A stretch of 48,986 nucleotides of DNA, taken from the NCBI GenBank assembly GCA_963845145.1, contig CAWJQU010000007.1:1-48986 (forward strand). The letters are read 5' to 3'. Numbering within the stretch: position 1 is the first letter of the stretch; each line of letters starts with the position of its first letter. Made by a program: the position numbers and the translations under genes. The DNA is from an uncultured delta proteobacterium (lineage in GTDB: Bacteria; Desulfobacterota; Desulfobacteria; Desulfobacterales; QNYZ01). The notes below the pieces were generated by a model. That model ran no database searches, had not been told where the DNA came from, and saw only the letters and a list, made by a program, of their open reading frames with translations. Below are positions 10,304 to 19,866 of this stretch, in pieces.

Positions 10304-11281
10304 TTAGTACCGAATTCTTGGGTCAAGATAAGCATAAATAATATCAACTACCAAATTGGCGAGGAGTACTACCAGGGTGATAAGCAAAAAACAGGCCTGG
10401 GCCAGGGGGTAGTCATTATTGCTGACCGAAAAGACCAGCTCACGGCCGATTCCCGGCCAGGTAAAGACGGTTTCCGTAAGTGCCCCACCGTTAATGGAAA
10501 AAGCCAGATTGAGACCAATCGTCGTCACAACGGGTAGGGCGGCGTTGGGCGCGGCGTGGTGGTTGCGAACCACTTTTTCGGTAAGTCCCTTGGCCCGTGC
10601 CGTCAGGATATAATCCTCCTTTAACGTTTCCAGCATGCTGGTACGCATGATCAACAGATAACTCCCGAAATGAATCAGAAAAAGTGTCGTCAAAGGGAGG
10701 ATCATGTGATAGATTACATCCACTGTTTTGGCCATTATCCCGGAATCCGGATCCAGCCAGACTTCTTCCGAAATCATACCCGTGATGGGAAACCAGCCCA
10801 GTTTATAGGCAAAAACCCAAATAAGGATCAGTGCCAGCCAGGGAACAAAGACGGTGTGGGATGCCAATGCGCCGATGGTCATCCAGACATCTTTTTTCGA
10901 GCCCTTGTCCCAGGATGCGATTTTGCCTAAAAATACGCCCACCAGAGCGGCAAGAATCACCGAAGTGGTAAAGAGTATGATGGTATTGGGGAGCCGGTCG
11001 AGGATAATCGATACCACCGGCTCACCATAGTTAAATGAATGACCAAAATTGCCGGTAAAAAAGTTTTTAACAAAATAGACATATTGAACGCTTAAGGGGC
11101 GGTCCAATCCGAGTTCGGAAATGAGCAGCTCGGCATCCTCCGGGGTCATATCGGGGTCGACCATTCGGGAAACCGGGTCTCCGGGAGCCAGGCGGAAAAG
11201 CAGAAAGAGGACGGTTAGAATGATAAAAAAGATCACCGCAACTTGAACCAACCGCCGAAGAATATATCGTCGTAATGCCAT
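10304..11281 (-). CDS. Oligopeptide ABC permease (OppB/DppB-like)
   Basis: YILRRL, PGDP, GLDRPLSVQY, DYILTARAKGL, ETVFTWPGIG and LDPRIRY. Confidence 0.95.
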   Translation of the reverse strand: MALRRYILRRLVQVAVIFFIILTVLFLLFRLAPGDPVSRMVDPDMTPEDAELLISELGLDRPLSVQYVYFVKNFFTGNFGHSFNYGEPVVSIILDRLPNTIILFTTSVILAALVGVFLGKIASWDKGSKKDVWMTIGALASHTVFVPWLALILIWVFAYKLGWFPITGMISEEVWLDPDSGIMAKTVDVIYHMILPLTTLFLIHFGSYLLIMRTSMLETLKEDYILTARAKGLTEKVVRNHHAAPNAALPVVTTIGLNLAFSINGGALTETVFTWPGIGRELVFSVSNNDYPLAQACFLLITLVVLLANLVVDIIYAYLDPRIRY

Positions 11282-11303
11282 TTATTTAAATTCGCTTATC
11301 TGA

Positions 11304-13028
11304 TTATATCGGTTTTAACTGACAAAAAGACCAAATGTTCCCGATACCATTTAAGGTTTCCACCCACCCCTCAAACCGATCGGTGCGCACGGCCTCGACC
11401 ATACTGGGGTTGTACAAAGGGACAATGGGAACATCAGCCAGCACCAGTTTCTGCATTTGCCATATCAGGTCCCGCCGCTGTTGCGGGTCCATGGCTCCGG
11501 CCGATTCATCGGCGATTTTATCGAATTGTGGATTGTTATAACCGGTTTTGTTGAATCCGCGGACCTTGTCGTTGGCCGAATGGTAAAAACTTCTGATATA
11601 ATCGGGATCAAAAGAGAGGCTTCCATAACCGAGCACGAATGCATCAAAGTCGCGACTGACCTTGACTTTTTCAAGTAAAGCGGGAAACGACATGGGCCTG
11701 GAAGAGACCGGCATGCCCACGGCCTTTAACCACTCTTGAATAACGAGACCCGCCATGGCCCGGTGCGGATCGTAATCCGCCGGTGGCGTGAGAATGGTAA
11801 ATTTTTTCATGGGCTCGCCGTTGGGCATTATCAGCCCCTTCCCATTGACGACCTTTCCCTTCTTATCAATCGGCGGTGTTTCCCAGCGATACCCTGCCTG
11901 ATCTAAAATGGCGTATGCCTGCCGAATCATCTCCTCCTTGGCGAGCCCCTGATTGTATAAGGGAACGTCGGGGCAAAACCAGGTTTTGTTTCCGGGCGGA
12001 ACAACGGAGACCATTTTAATCCCCTGATTCTGCAATACTCTTTGGACAATAAAATCCTTATCGATCAACATGGCCGTCGCACGTCTCAAATGTACGTCGT
12101 CGAACGGCGGTTTGCGGCAGTTGAAGCCCATATAGTAAAGCGAACTGGTCTCATTGGAGAATAAGCGAATGTTTTTTCCCTTATTCAGATCGTCCATGTA
12201 ACCGGCTTGAATTTTCCACCAGAAGTAGTCGATCGTGCTTTTACGTAATGCCAGGATGGCCGCATCGGACGTTCCGAATACTTTTAAAATGATGCCTTTA
12301 ATGTGGGGCCCCAGCTGCCGGCCGGCGATTTCCTGGTCTTTGCCAAAAAAAGTCTCGTTGGCTTGTAAAAATAGATAAGCCCCTTTGCGCCACTCTTTTA
12401 AGGTGAAAGGGCCGTTACCAACCGGATGGGTTACTTCGTGATTTAGCAGCGTTGCCAGGGGCTTTTCCGTTTTACGGGCTTTTTCGAGAACCTCTTCCCA
12501 CTCCTTTTTTTGGACAATGGGTGTGGTCAGGGTTCGGCTTAAAAAAATAGCTTTGGGTTCCGATAGGTAAAACCGGACGGTTTTGTCGTCCGGCGTCTCT
12601 ATTTTATCGATAAAATTCCACTTGGACGAAAACCGCGGCACCTTGAATTCCTTGATCAACCGGCCCGTAAAGGCGATATCCCCGGAGGTTACCGGCGATC
12701 CATCGGTCCATTTGGCATCTCGTAGAGTGACTGTATAAGATTGGGTTTGGCTATCGTATACGGGGTCTTCTTTGGCCAGCCAGGGAATGAGTTCCAGGGT
12801 TTCGGGATCACGAAAATAGAGGGTTTGATACATGAGCCGCAAGACCTTGTTTGACCAGGCATCGCTGGCAAGCCAGATATTTAATGTTTTCGGTTCCTGC
12901 AAGAGGCCGATTTTCAACATCTCGCTACCCATGGCCGGGGGAGATACTGCTGACGCCAGCACAACCAATGCAACCAATGTCAGGGTGATATTCGTAAAAC
13001 GATACGCACGTCTTTTTATCATGGCCAC
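11304..13028 (-). CDS. Family 5 ABC substrate-binding protein (OppA/DppA-like)
   Basis: Signal peptide, LIPWLA, LRDAKWTDGSPVTSGDIAFT, PVGNGPF and PFDDVHLRRA. Confidence 0.93.
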   Translation of the reverse strand: MAMIKRRAYRFTNITLTLVALVVLASAVSPPAMGSEMLKIGLLQEPKTLNIWLASDAWSNKVLRLMYQTLYFRDPETLELIPWLAKEDPVYDSQTQSYTVTLRDAKWTDGSPVTSGDIAFTGRLIKEFKVPRFSSKWNFIDKIETPDDKTVRFYLSEPKAIFLSRTLTTPIVQKKEWEEVLEKARKTEKPLATLLNHEVTHPVGNGPFTLKEWRKGAYLFLQANETFFGKDQEIAGRQLGPHIKGIILKVFGTSDAAILALRKSTIDYFWWKIQAGYMDDLNKGKNIRLFSNETSSLYYMGFNCRKPPFDDVHLRRATAMLIDKDFIVQRVLQNQGIKMVSVVPPGNKTWFCPDVPLYNQGLAKEEMIRQAYAILDQAGYRWETPPIDKKGKVVNGKGLIMPNGEPMKKFTILTPPADYDPHRAMAGLVIQEWLKAVGMPVSSRPMSFPALLEKVKVSRDFDAFVLGYGSLSFDPDYIRSFYHSANDKVRGFNKTGYNNPQFDKIADESAGAMDPQQRRDLIWQMQKLVLADVPIVPLYNPSMVEAVRTDRFEGWVETLNGIGNIWSFCQLKPI

Positions 13029-13041
13029 TCCGTTTATTATG

Positions 13042-14058
13042 TTAGATAACCGTCTGCTTGGTTTTTTGTCGGCCGATCATCTCTTTTACCTTCGTCTCGA
13101 CAAAATCAATGACTGTAGTCTCGAGTTTTACGTTGTTTAACTGATTGATACGAGGAATTCCCCCAGGGCTGACACAATTGATTTCCACCAGCTTATCCCC
13201 GATGACATCAATCCCGACAAAATAGAGACCGTCTTTTATAAGGCGAGCCTGAATTGTTCGGCAAATGTTTTGCTCAGCGGGTGTGATTTCATGGGCATAG
13301 ACGGTACCCCCGACGTGGACATTGGCCCTGAATTCACCCTCGGGCGGTTTGCGCTGCATGGCGCCGAGGATCTCCCCGTTTAACAACAATATCCGAACAT
13401 CGCCTTCACTGCGGACCTCATCGAGAAATTCCTGTACCATTATGGGTTCGCGATCGTGATACGGTTTATTGGCTTTAACGTAATAATTAATAAGGGAAAG
13501 TAAATTTTCCTGGTCTTTGGTGCTGACCTTGATGATCCCTTCACCGCCGTATCGTTGAAGTGGTTTGACTACCATGGCGCCACCGAAATCATCAATTATT
13601 TTTTTCAGTCGGACTGGATCTCGGGATACGTGGGTTTCGGGTATGATTTCGGGAAAGTTGAGGGCGTACAATTTTCCATGCGCCTTTAATTGGCCTATGG
13701 TGGCGTTGATCATAAACACCTGGTCACTGAAGGGGGCCAAAAAATCCATTGCCTGATACTGGAGGGGCGGATTTTTCCTTAAAAACAGGGCATGCAATTC
13801 AGAGATCGACTCGAAAATACGTTCTTCTTTTTGAACGCACCGAATCGTTTCGCGCCAATAGTCGCGCATACCCAGATCCGGATCAACGGTGACATCGTAC
13901 ATTCGGGCCATGACCATATTCTTACGGATGTAAATATCATGGGGCTCGAGAAAATAGACCGTATGTCCCCGCTGATTGGATTCGTACATTAAATGGCTGG
14001 TGGTTTCCCAGACCGGATCGATATCCTCAAGCCGATCCATTAAAAACGCTATTCGCAT
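13042..14058 (-). CDS. gshB: Glutathione synthetase-like ATP-grasp ligase
   Basis: MRIAFLMD N-terminus, FLRKNPP, VVKPLQRYGGEG, MVQEFL, EGDVRILL, EFRANVHVGG and VGIDVIGDKLVEINCVSPGG. The family call is strong; the substrate is uncertain. Confidence 0.78.
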   Translation of the reverse strand: MRIAFLMDRLEDIDPVWETTSHLMYESNQRGHTVYFLEPHDIYIRKNMVMARMYDVTVDPDLGMRDYWRETIRCVQKEERIFESISELHALFLRKNPPLQYQAMDFLAPFSDQVFMINATIGQLKAHGKLYALNFPEIIPETHVSRDPVRLKKIIDDFGGAMVVKPLQRYGGEGIIKVSTKDQENLLSLINYYVKANKPYHDREPIMVQEFLDEVRSEGDVRILLLNGEILGAMQRKPPEGEFRANVHVGGTVYAHEITPAEQNICRTIQARLIKDGLYFVGIDVIGDKLVEINCVSPGGIPRINQLNNVKLETTVIDFVETKVKEMIGRQKTKQTVI

Positions 14059-14097
14059 GGAATATCCTTTTTAAACATTATGCCCAATTTGGCTTCA

Positions 14098-17000
14098 TTA
14101 TTCCAATCCCCGGGGGGCACATTCCAAAGCACTTGCTTTCTCATCCAATATCCGCAGACGACGGGTCAGCACGCGACAAAAATTCAATGCAATTCGAGGG
14201 TATTCGTTGATAATTTCCACCAATTCCTGTTTCTGCAAACTCAAAAACCGTGATGATTTTTCCGTTCGAATTGTTGCGCTACGGGGGCGACCGTCCTCCA
14301 GGAGCGCCATTTCTCCAAAGTAGTCATTGGTTTTTATTCGGGCCAGCTCGATCTCCCGGTCGGTTCCGAGGTTTTTGATCACCGAAGTTTCGCCCTCGAT
14401 AACCAGGTAAAGGATCTGGCTCATTTCGCCCTCTTTAATGACTATTTCATCGGCCGAAAAGACCTCTTCTTCGGCGATGGCGGCGATGGCGGCCAGTTCG
14501 CTGACATCGAGATCTTTTAATATTTCAACTTTTCTTAACTGAATGATCTTATCCGGAATGGTCATTATCTCAGCCATCTTCATCCCCTCTTTACCTGTAT
14601 CTTTTGTAGCGGATATAGAAATTTCCTTGGTTGTCGCGTCTCGATTTAAGTTTAAGTGTGAGGGCAGAGACTTTGTGTCGATCTGTTCCGGTGTCAGGCC
14701 GTTGATGATTGTGTGAACGAGGGTTGAAGCAACCCAATCTTTCTGGGCGGCCAGATGCCGGATAAATTTAACCGGATCTTTGCCGAATGACGGCAGATCA
14801 AACTGTTTTCGTCCCGCCTCCAGTTTACGTGCGGGTTCCAAATCTTCGACCAAAGGGATCAGGATTTTCGCCAGGGGCTTTTCAAGCAAATTTTCAAGCG
14901 CCTCCACACTATTGCCCCTTTGATGGGAGTCTTCCGAATTGAGTCCCCGATGGATCATTTTTATTTCATCGCCCGTATCCAGAATGGCAAGAACGCGCAG
15001 GGTGTTGGTCAGGGGCAGCCGGTGTTTTTCCATTAAATGGCGGTGAAGCAGTTTTTGGACATCACTAGGCGGCAACAGATCGACAGCTTCGGCTTCGGCC
15101 AGGTGATAATAACTTTTTTCAAGCTGTCGGCGGGTAAACTGGACCGTATCGAAATCTTTTATTTCCATCCTTTCGATTAGATGGAACACGCCCTCGCGGA
15201 CCCTTCGCTTGGGCAAGGTTAGCGATTCCAGCAGCAGCTGATCATTTTGGTAATCGGCGAGAATGATCTTGTCTTTGGTATTGTTGACGATTTCCTCGGA
15301 TGTATCGGCCAATAGATAGAGAATATGTTGCAGGGAGTCATCGTCAGTGATTTCGTAAGCTTCCAGCGCGGCCAATCGGGCAGAGGGACTTTCATGCGCA
15401 AGAAATGGCCTTACAATCTCATTCAGGCCGGACGGTTTGAGCCTGCGCAGCCCCATTAAGACTTCGTTGATGATTTTAAGGTCGGACTCTTTGACGAGTA
15501 TCGTTTTTAACCAATCGGTGTAAGCATCCCGCCCTGTTCGCCCGGCGGCAATAACGCCGGCGAGTCGTTCGGGTGGGTTATTTGATTCGAGCCAGTCTTG
15601 AATAATTTTATGGTATCTGCCCGGGTTTTTCTCGTAAAGGGCTGCGGCGGCATATCCTCTGGTTTCGGGGCAGCGGCTGGTTTCAAACTGGCTTGAGATG
15701 AAAGCGTTCAGATCAACGGGCGCGATACGCCCGGCTGTGCGGACCAGGGCGATGGTCAATTCCGGTGAGGCCGAGGGCGCCAAACGATCAAATGCTTCCC
15801 CAACATCGGCGTTCACAGGGGAAGAGAGCAGGTCGAGCAGTGCGATTCGTGTCGTGGTATCCGTTACCTTTTCGACTTTTTGTAAAATATGTTGGTTTAG
15901 ATTTGGAAACTGTAGCGACTGCATCATCCGACCAAACCACAAGGAATCCTCTTTGTTGGAATTCATAAAGGTTTCGATTAGCTGTTTGCTAATGGATTTG
16001 TCGCTGAACAGCTGTTGAACCTCCTTGGGGTCAAAAGATTTCATATCGAACATATTGTGCGAAATGAGATCGAGAAGAATGCGTGCATATCTCCTTTTTA
16101 GTATAAAAGGTGTCACCACCCATGCGATCACGAAAGGCAGCGCGACCAGCGAAAGGTAGCGGGGGTGAAACAGGTTGGTGGAAAGCAAAATCAATCCGGA
16201 GCCTAAAAATAGGGCCACGCGAACCACCGTCCCCCGTAAGAACGGTCGGACCAAATTGCGATACGATTCAGGAAAAAGCCCTGTGACCACAGCCATGGCC
16301 GGAATGTTAATGGTGGACCGAATCACATTGGAGGACATTCGGGCGTAGATAGCCGTGAATGCGTCAAAACGGAACAGAAAGGCCAAAAACACCAGCATGT
16401 AATTAAAAGGATGAAACATCAACGCCACGGGAAGCCCCCAGCGCCCGTAAATGCGGCCCACGAACAGAAGAATAATCAGGCTGACAATATTGAGTACGCC
16501 GCGAAAATAACTGAAAAACTGAATAAGTTCCTGCTCGGAACCGAACTGGTCATTTACCGCAAAATTGAACTGGTAATTCATAATCGGAATAACCACATTC
16601 GGTAAAAAAGTGAGCAGTATCATCAACATAATCAAAGGCGACGATTTCAGCATGGGAATGATTTTCTTGAATTCCCCGATCATGGTCTCTTTAGATTTCT
16701 TTTTGGATACACCTTGGGGCGACGATTTTTGGGATGAAAGCAGGGCAGGGAAACGTCCGCCCATGTGTTTGACGACCACGGCACCCAAAAGGGTAATGAT
16801 CAGGTAAACGTACAATAGGTTATCAATGGAAAAAGATTTGACCATGATCGGCGTGGAGAAGCTGGCGAGAATTTGCCCGACGATGCCACCGGCAGTGATC
16901 AGGGGAAACAACCTTTTTGATTGGCGCGTATTGAACAGATCGTTGGCCAGGTTCCAGAACAACAGCGCCAGCAATACTTCATACTGAGATTTCAGCATAA

Positions 17001-17340
17001 AGAGCAAGGGATAGACAAGGTCGTAACCCAGCGGAATGATGAGGCGAAGCGCGGCCACAGATATGCCGCAGAACACAAAAAGGCGCGAGAGTAACCGGAC
17101 ACCGGGGAGTCGTGCGATAATGCCGGTTAAAGCGCCCATGATCAAAAACGTCGCCACGGCATTGACCATATTCACGATGGGCAGGTACTCGACACCATAG
17201 CGTTTCAAAAAGGCCGTTTCGGCATAGTTATTCAGATAAATACCGCAGGTGCGAACCAGAAAAAGAAGGATGGTGGTCCAGACAAACAGGGATATTTCGT
17301 TTTTATAGACGTTGAAGAAACGGCCGAAATATTTTGTCAT
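14098..17340 (-). CDS. Npt/TLC-like (MFS-fold) transporter fused to HEAT repeats and a C-terminal cNMP-binding domain
   Basis: About 410 aa multi-TM N-terminus with FWNLANDLFNTRQSKRLFPLI, then helical HEAT-like repeats (VRPFLAHESPSARLAALEA), then a cNMP domain (EIVIKEGE...YFGEMALLEDGRPRSATI). Confidence 0.85.
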   Translation of the reverse strand: MTKYFGRFFNVYKNEISLFVWTTILLFLVRTCGIYLNNYAETAFLKRYGVEYLPIVNMVNAVATFLIMGALTGIIARLPGVRLLSRLFVFCGISVAALRLIIPLGYDLVYPLLFMLKSQYEVLLALLFWNLANDLFNTRQSKRLFPLITAGGIVGQILASFSTPIMVKSFSIDNLLYVYLIITLLGAVVVKHMGGRFPALLSSQKSSPQGVSKKKSKETMIGEFKKIIPMLKSSPLIMLMILLTFLPNVVIPIMNYQFNFAVNDQFGSEQELIQFFSYFRGVLNIVSLIILLFVGRIYGRWGLPVALMFHPFNYMLVFLAFLFRFDAFTAIYARMSSNVIRSTINIPAMAVVTGLFPESYRNLVRPFLRGTVVRVALFLGSGLILLSTNLFHPRYLSLVALPFVIAWVVTPFILKRRYARILLDLISHNMFDMKSFDPKEVQQLFSDKSISKQLIETFMNSNKEDSLWFGRMMQSLQFPNLNQHILQKVEKVTDTTTRIALLDLLSSPVNADVGEAFDRLAPSASPELTIALVRTAGRIAPVDLNAFISSQFETSRCPETRGYAAAALYEKNPGRYHKIIQDWLESNNPPERLAGVIAAGRTGRDAYTDWLKTILVKESDLKIINEVLMGLRRLKPSGLNEIVRPFLAHESPSARLAALEAYEITDDDSLQHILYLLADTSEEIVNNTKDKIILADYQNDQLLLESLTLPKRRVREGVFHLIERMEIKDFDTVQFTRRQLEKSYYHLAEAEAVDLLPPSDVQKLLHRHLMEKHRLPLTNTLRVLAILDTGDEIKMIHRGLNSEDSHQRGNSVEALENLLEKPLAKILIPLVEDLEPARKLEAGRKQFDLPSFGKDPVKFIRHLAAQKDWVASTLVHTIINGLTPEQIDTKSLPSHLNLNRDATTKEISISATKDTGKEGMKMAEIMTIPDKIIQLRKVEILKDLDVSELAAIAAIAEEEVFSADEIVIKEGEMSQILYLVIEGETSVIKNLGTDREIELARIKTNDYFGEMALLEDGRPRSATIRTEKSSRFLSLQKQELVEIINEYPRIALNFCRVLTRRLRILDEKASALECAPRGLE

Positions 17341-17422
17341 TAAATTTCTCGTTGCTTAGCCGTATGGTTGCATTTTTGCGGTTTCAAATCCATGGAGAAA
17401 AATATTCGCCGAAAAGGTAAGT

Positions 17423-18280
17423 TTACCCAACATTGCGTACCAGGCGAAAACCGGTGGTTTTATACCGGATGCCTGGATGGCTGTAGGTTCGGTTGGCCGA
17501 CCGGCAGGAAGTTCCCCGCCCAAACCAGCTGCCGCCCCGACGTATGCGGTTTTCGCCCGTATCATTGACCACCGGATCGGTTAACTGGTCTTGTTGGTAA
17601 AGACCGTGCCAATGCCGGTCCGGATCAAACCGATCCTGGCACCACTCCCACACATTGCCGTGCATATCGAACAGGCCCCAAGCGTTGGGGGAATAGCTTT
17701 TGACCGGCGCCGGCTGATCCGATTTAAATCCCATGGATCGCACGTGGTCGCCACACTCGTTGCTTCGTCGGCGGTTGTTGGCGTACATGGCGCGTGAGCA
17801 GTCGATCTCCTTACCCCAGCTGAAAGGGGTTCTACTTCCTGCGCGGGCGGCATATTCCCACTCGGCATCGGTGGGAAGCCGGTACGTTCCTTCGCCAAGC
17901 GCGTTAAGACGTTTGATAAATTTCCTGGCATCATGCCAGGATACCTGCACCGCCGGCATGTCACCGGATCCTTTTTGGCCACCGAAAAACCGTCGCCCCA
18001 TGATGTGTTGCCATTGCTGGACGGTGACCTCGGTGGATTGCATATAAAAAGGGCGGCTGATGGTCACCGTATGACGCGTTTCAGATGATCCCCGGCCAGG
18101 CTCTTCCTTGGGACTCCCCATGGTAAAATTACCCGCAGGCACCAGGACAAATGCCATTCCCAGCGAATTGGTTACTTTGGCGTCATTGGCCTGCCCGATA
18201 CTAAAATGAGTTGGATCGGCGAGTACCAATGGTAAAACCATCAACATGATCGCTACCAATCTGGTAAGTATTTTTTTCAT
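17423..18280 (-). CDS. Secreted FGE-sulfatase (SUMF1-fold) domain protein
   Basis: Signal peptide MKKILTRLV, FTMGSP, TEVTVQQW, RLPTDAEWEYAARAG, NAWGLFDMHGNVWEWC, RGGSW and GFRLV; AGGA RBS before the ATG at 18280. Confidence 0.9.
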   Translation of the reverse strand: MKKILTRLVAIMLMVLPLVLADPTHFSIGQANDAKVTNSLGMAFVLVPAGNFTMGSPKEEPGRGSSETRHTVTISRPFYMQSTEVTVQQWQHIMGRRFFGGQKGSGDMPAVQVSWHDARKFIKRLNALGEGTYRLPTDAEWEYAARAGSRTPFSWGKEIDCSRAMYANNRRRSNECGDHVRSMGFKSDQPAPVKSYSPNAWGLFDMHGNVWEWCQDRFDPDRHWHGLYQQDQLTDPVVNDTGENRIRRGGSWFGRGTSCRSANRTYSHPGIRYKTTGFRLVRNVG

Positions 18281-18347
18281 GGTGTTCCTGCCTTGGTCGG
18301 TGATGCAATCAACATTTTTCGGCATTACCTTTTATATCAGCCCCATT

Positions 18348-18392
18348 GCTATAACCAGGTGCTATAATCGGTTGCTATTAATGGGGGCTATT
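18348..18392. repeat. Four GCTATW motifs at an exact 13-bp period in the divergent intergenic region
   Basis: GCTATA at 18348 and 18361, GCTATT at 18374 and 18387; flanked by the inverted repeat AGCCCCATT/AATGGGGGCT. Confidence 0.7.
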
Positions 18393-18613
18393 CGCATTTG
18401 AGGGTATAAGTATATAAGCATACCACACTTTTACCTGACATTCACTATAAACGATATCGGGTCGCTACCGTACTTAAGGTCGTACAGATGGTTGAAACCT
18501 TACATCGTCTTGAACCGTATAAAATTACTCGGCGCTTTGGGTAAGGTTTTCACAGTCCAATTGACTTATTTGGCAGATCCGCATAATTTTACTATTTTTG
18601 GAAGACAATATCG

Positions 18614-19849
18614 ATGGCCGAAAACAAAAACCCCATGTTTCACGCTCACTTGGTCCACCCAATATTGGTGCACCCTTCGGTCTTACCGCCGCCGCCCATG
18701 ATGATGCTGACGCATTCGCCGGGAGTCATTCATTCCGCCATTAAAGAATCGCCGAAAGCGCTGGTCGGCGCGATCAGGCGAGAAGCCCGGGCGTATGATG
18801 CTAAAGGGGTTTGCCTCGCCGATCCGCTTGGACCCGATCAATTATCGGCGCTGGGGGCTGAATTGGCCGTAACTTCCCACGCTCTCAGCCTGGCGGTTAC
18901 AATACGGCAGCCTATGATGGATGACGACCAGCTTCTCCCCGCCCCACCGATAAAATCGGGCATCAAGCGCGTTAATTGGGTCGACGTTCAAGGGGAATTG
19001 GGCCCATTGAGCAACCGTTTGAAGGCTTTTTCAAAAGCCGGCATCTGGAATCATGTTGTCCTGGCGGATTCGGGCGGACACGATTTCGTGGAAGCGGTGG
19101 CCCGTTTTGTTGTCGCCAATCCGAATATTGCCCACTCCTGGCAAATTCCAGCATCGCCGGGTGCAACGCGTGGCGATATCCTGAAGGCGATGGATGCCTT
19201 TCATTCGACCTATTCAAACTATGCACCATTACCGGGCCGGCCGTTTTGGCAAACGCTTTTGGATGACAAGGATATGCTGCCTTATCTGGACCAATATGGT
19301 ATTTCAAGACTTAGCCAATGGCGGATTTCAATGGATAGCCAAACCCTGACGCGAATCGGTGAAAAACTGAAATATCATTTTGCCAAACCCCAAGCGCTCT
19401 CTTCCGATCGTCTTGATGAAATTTGTCAGCTAGTGGCCGCCGGTGGTTCGGTTGACACCCAATGGGTAAAATTTAATTTGAAACGGGCCTTTTTAATTGC
19501 CTACGTTACCGAGATGGATCGGGTTGTGGCCGATTCCAGCCTTAAACATCCGCGGCCGGAATATATTGCCACTTTAAACGAAAAAGCCGGTATAAATCTT
19601 TCCGACTATCTTGAGCGCGGTTATACATCCGTGCGTCCCGAATACCGGGGGATGGGAATCGGTACGGCCCTTCTGGAAGGGCTGACCTCGCGGGCGCAAG
19701 GACGAAAAATTTTTTCGTTGATCGCGGAGGACAATGCGGCCACCCAAAAAATTGCTCTGAGGAATCGCACCCGTAAAATCACAACATTTTTCAGCCATCG
19801 GGCGGGTAAGGAGATGGGCGTCTGGATGCCTGAAGCGATGTTAAAATAG
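18614..19849 (+). CDS. GNAT acetyltransferase-domain protein with a long N-terminal region
   Basis: C-terminal GNAT motif A (ERGYTSVRPEYRGMGIGTALL) and IAEDNAATQKIA; the N-terminal 250 aa are not confidently assigned. Confidence 0.75.
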   Translation: MAENKNPMFHAHLVHPILVHPSVLPPPPMMMLTHSPGVIHSAIKESPKALVGAIRREARAYDAKGVCLADPLGPDQLSALGAELAVTSHALSLAVTIRQPMMDDDQLLPAPPIKSGIKRVNWVDVQGELGPLSNRLKAFSKAGIWNHVVLADSGGHDFVEAVARFVVANPNIAHSWQIPASPGATRGDILKAMDAFHSTYSNYAPLPGRPFWQTLLDDKDMLPYLDQYGISRLSQWRISMDSQTLTRIGEKLKYHFAKPQALSSDRLDEICQLVAAGGSVDTQWVKFNLKRAFLIAYVTEMDRVVADSSLKHPRPEYIATLNEKAGINLSDYLERGYTSVRPEYRGMGIGTALLEGLTSRAQGRKIFSLIAEDNAATQKIALRNRTRKITTFFSHRAGKEMGVWMPEAMLK

Positions 19850-19866
19850 TTAAAGGACCCTTTTGA

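Noticed and set aside
17423..17560. FGE-fold C-terminus as a diversity-generating retroelement variable region
   Set aside because: No reverse transcriptase and no second adenine-variant copy (template repeat) were seen in the window.
17423..18280. True formylglycine-generating enzyme
   Set aside because: It lacks the paired catalytic Cys motif after RGGS, has a signal peptide, and has no sulfatase neighbour.
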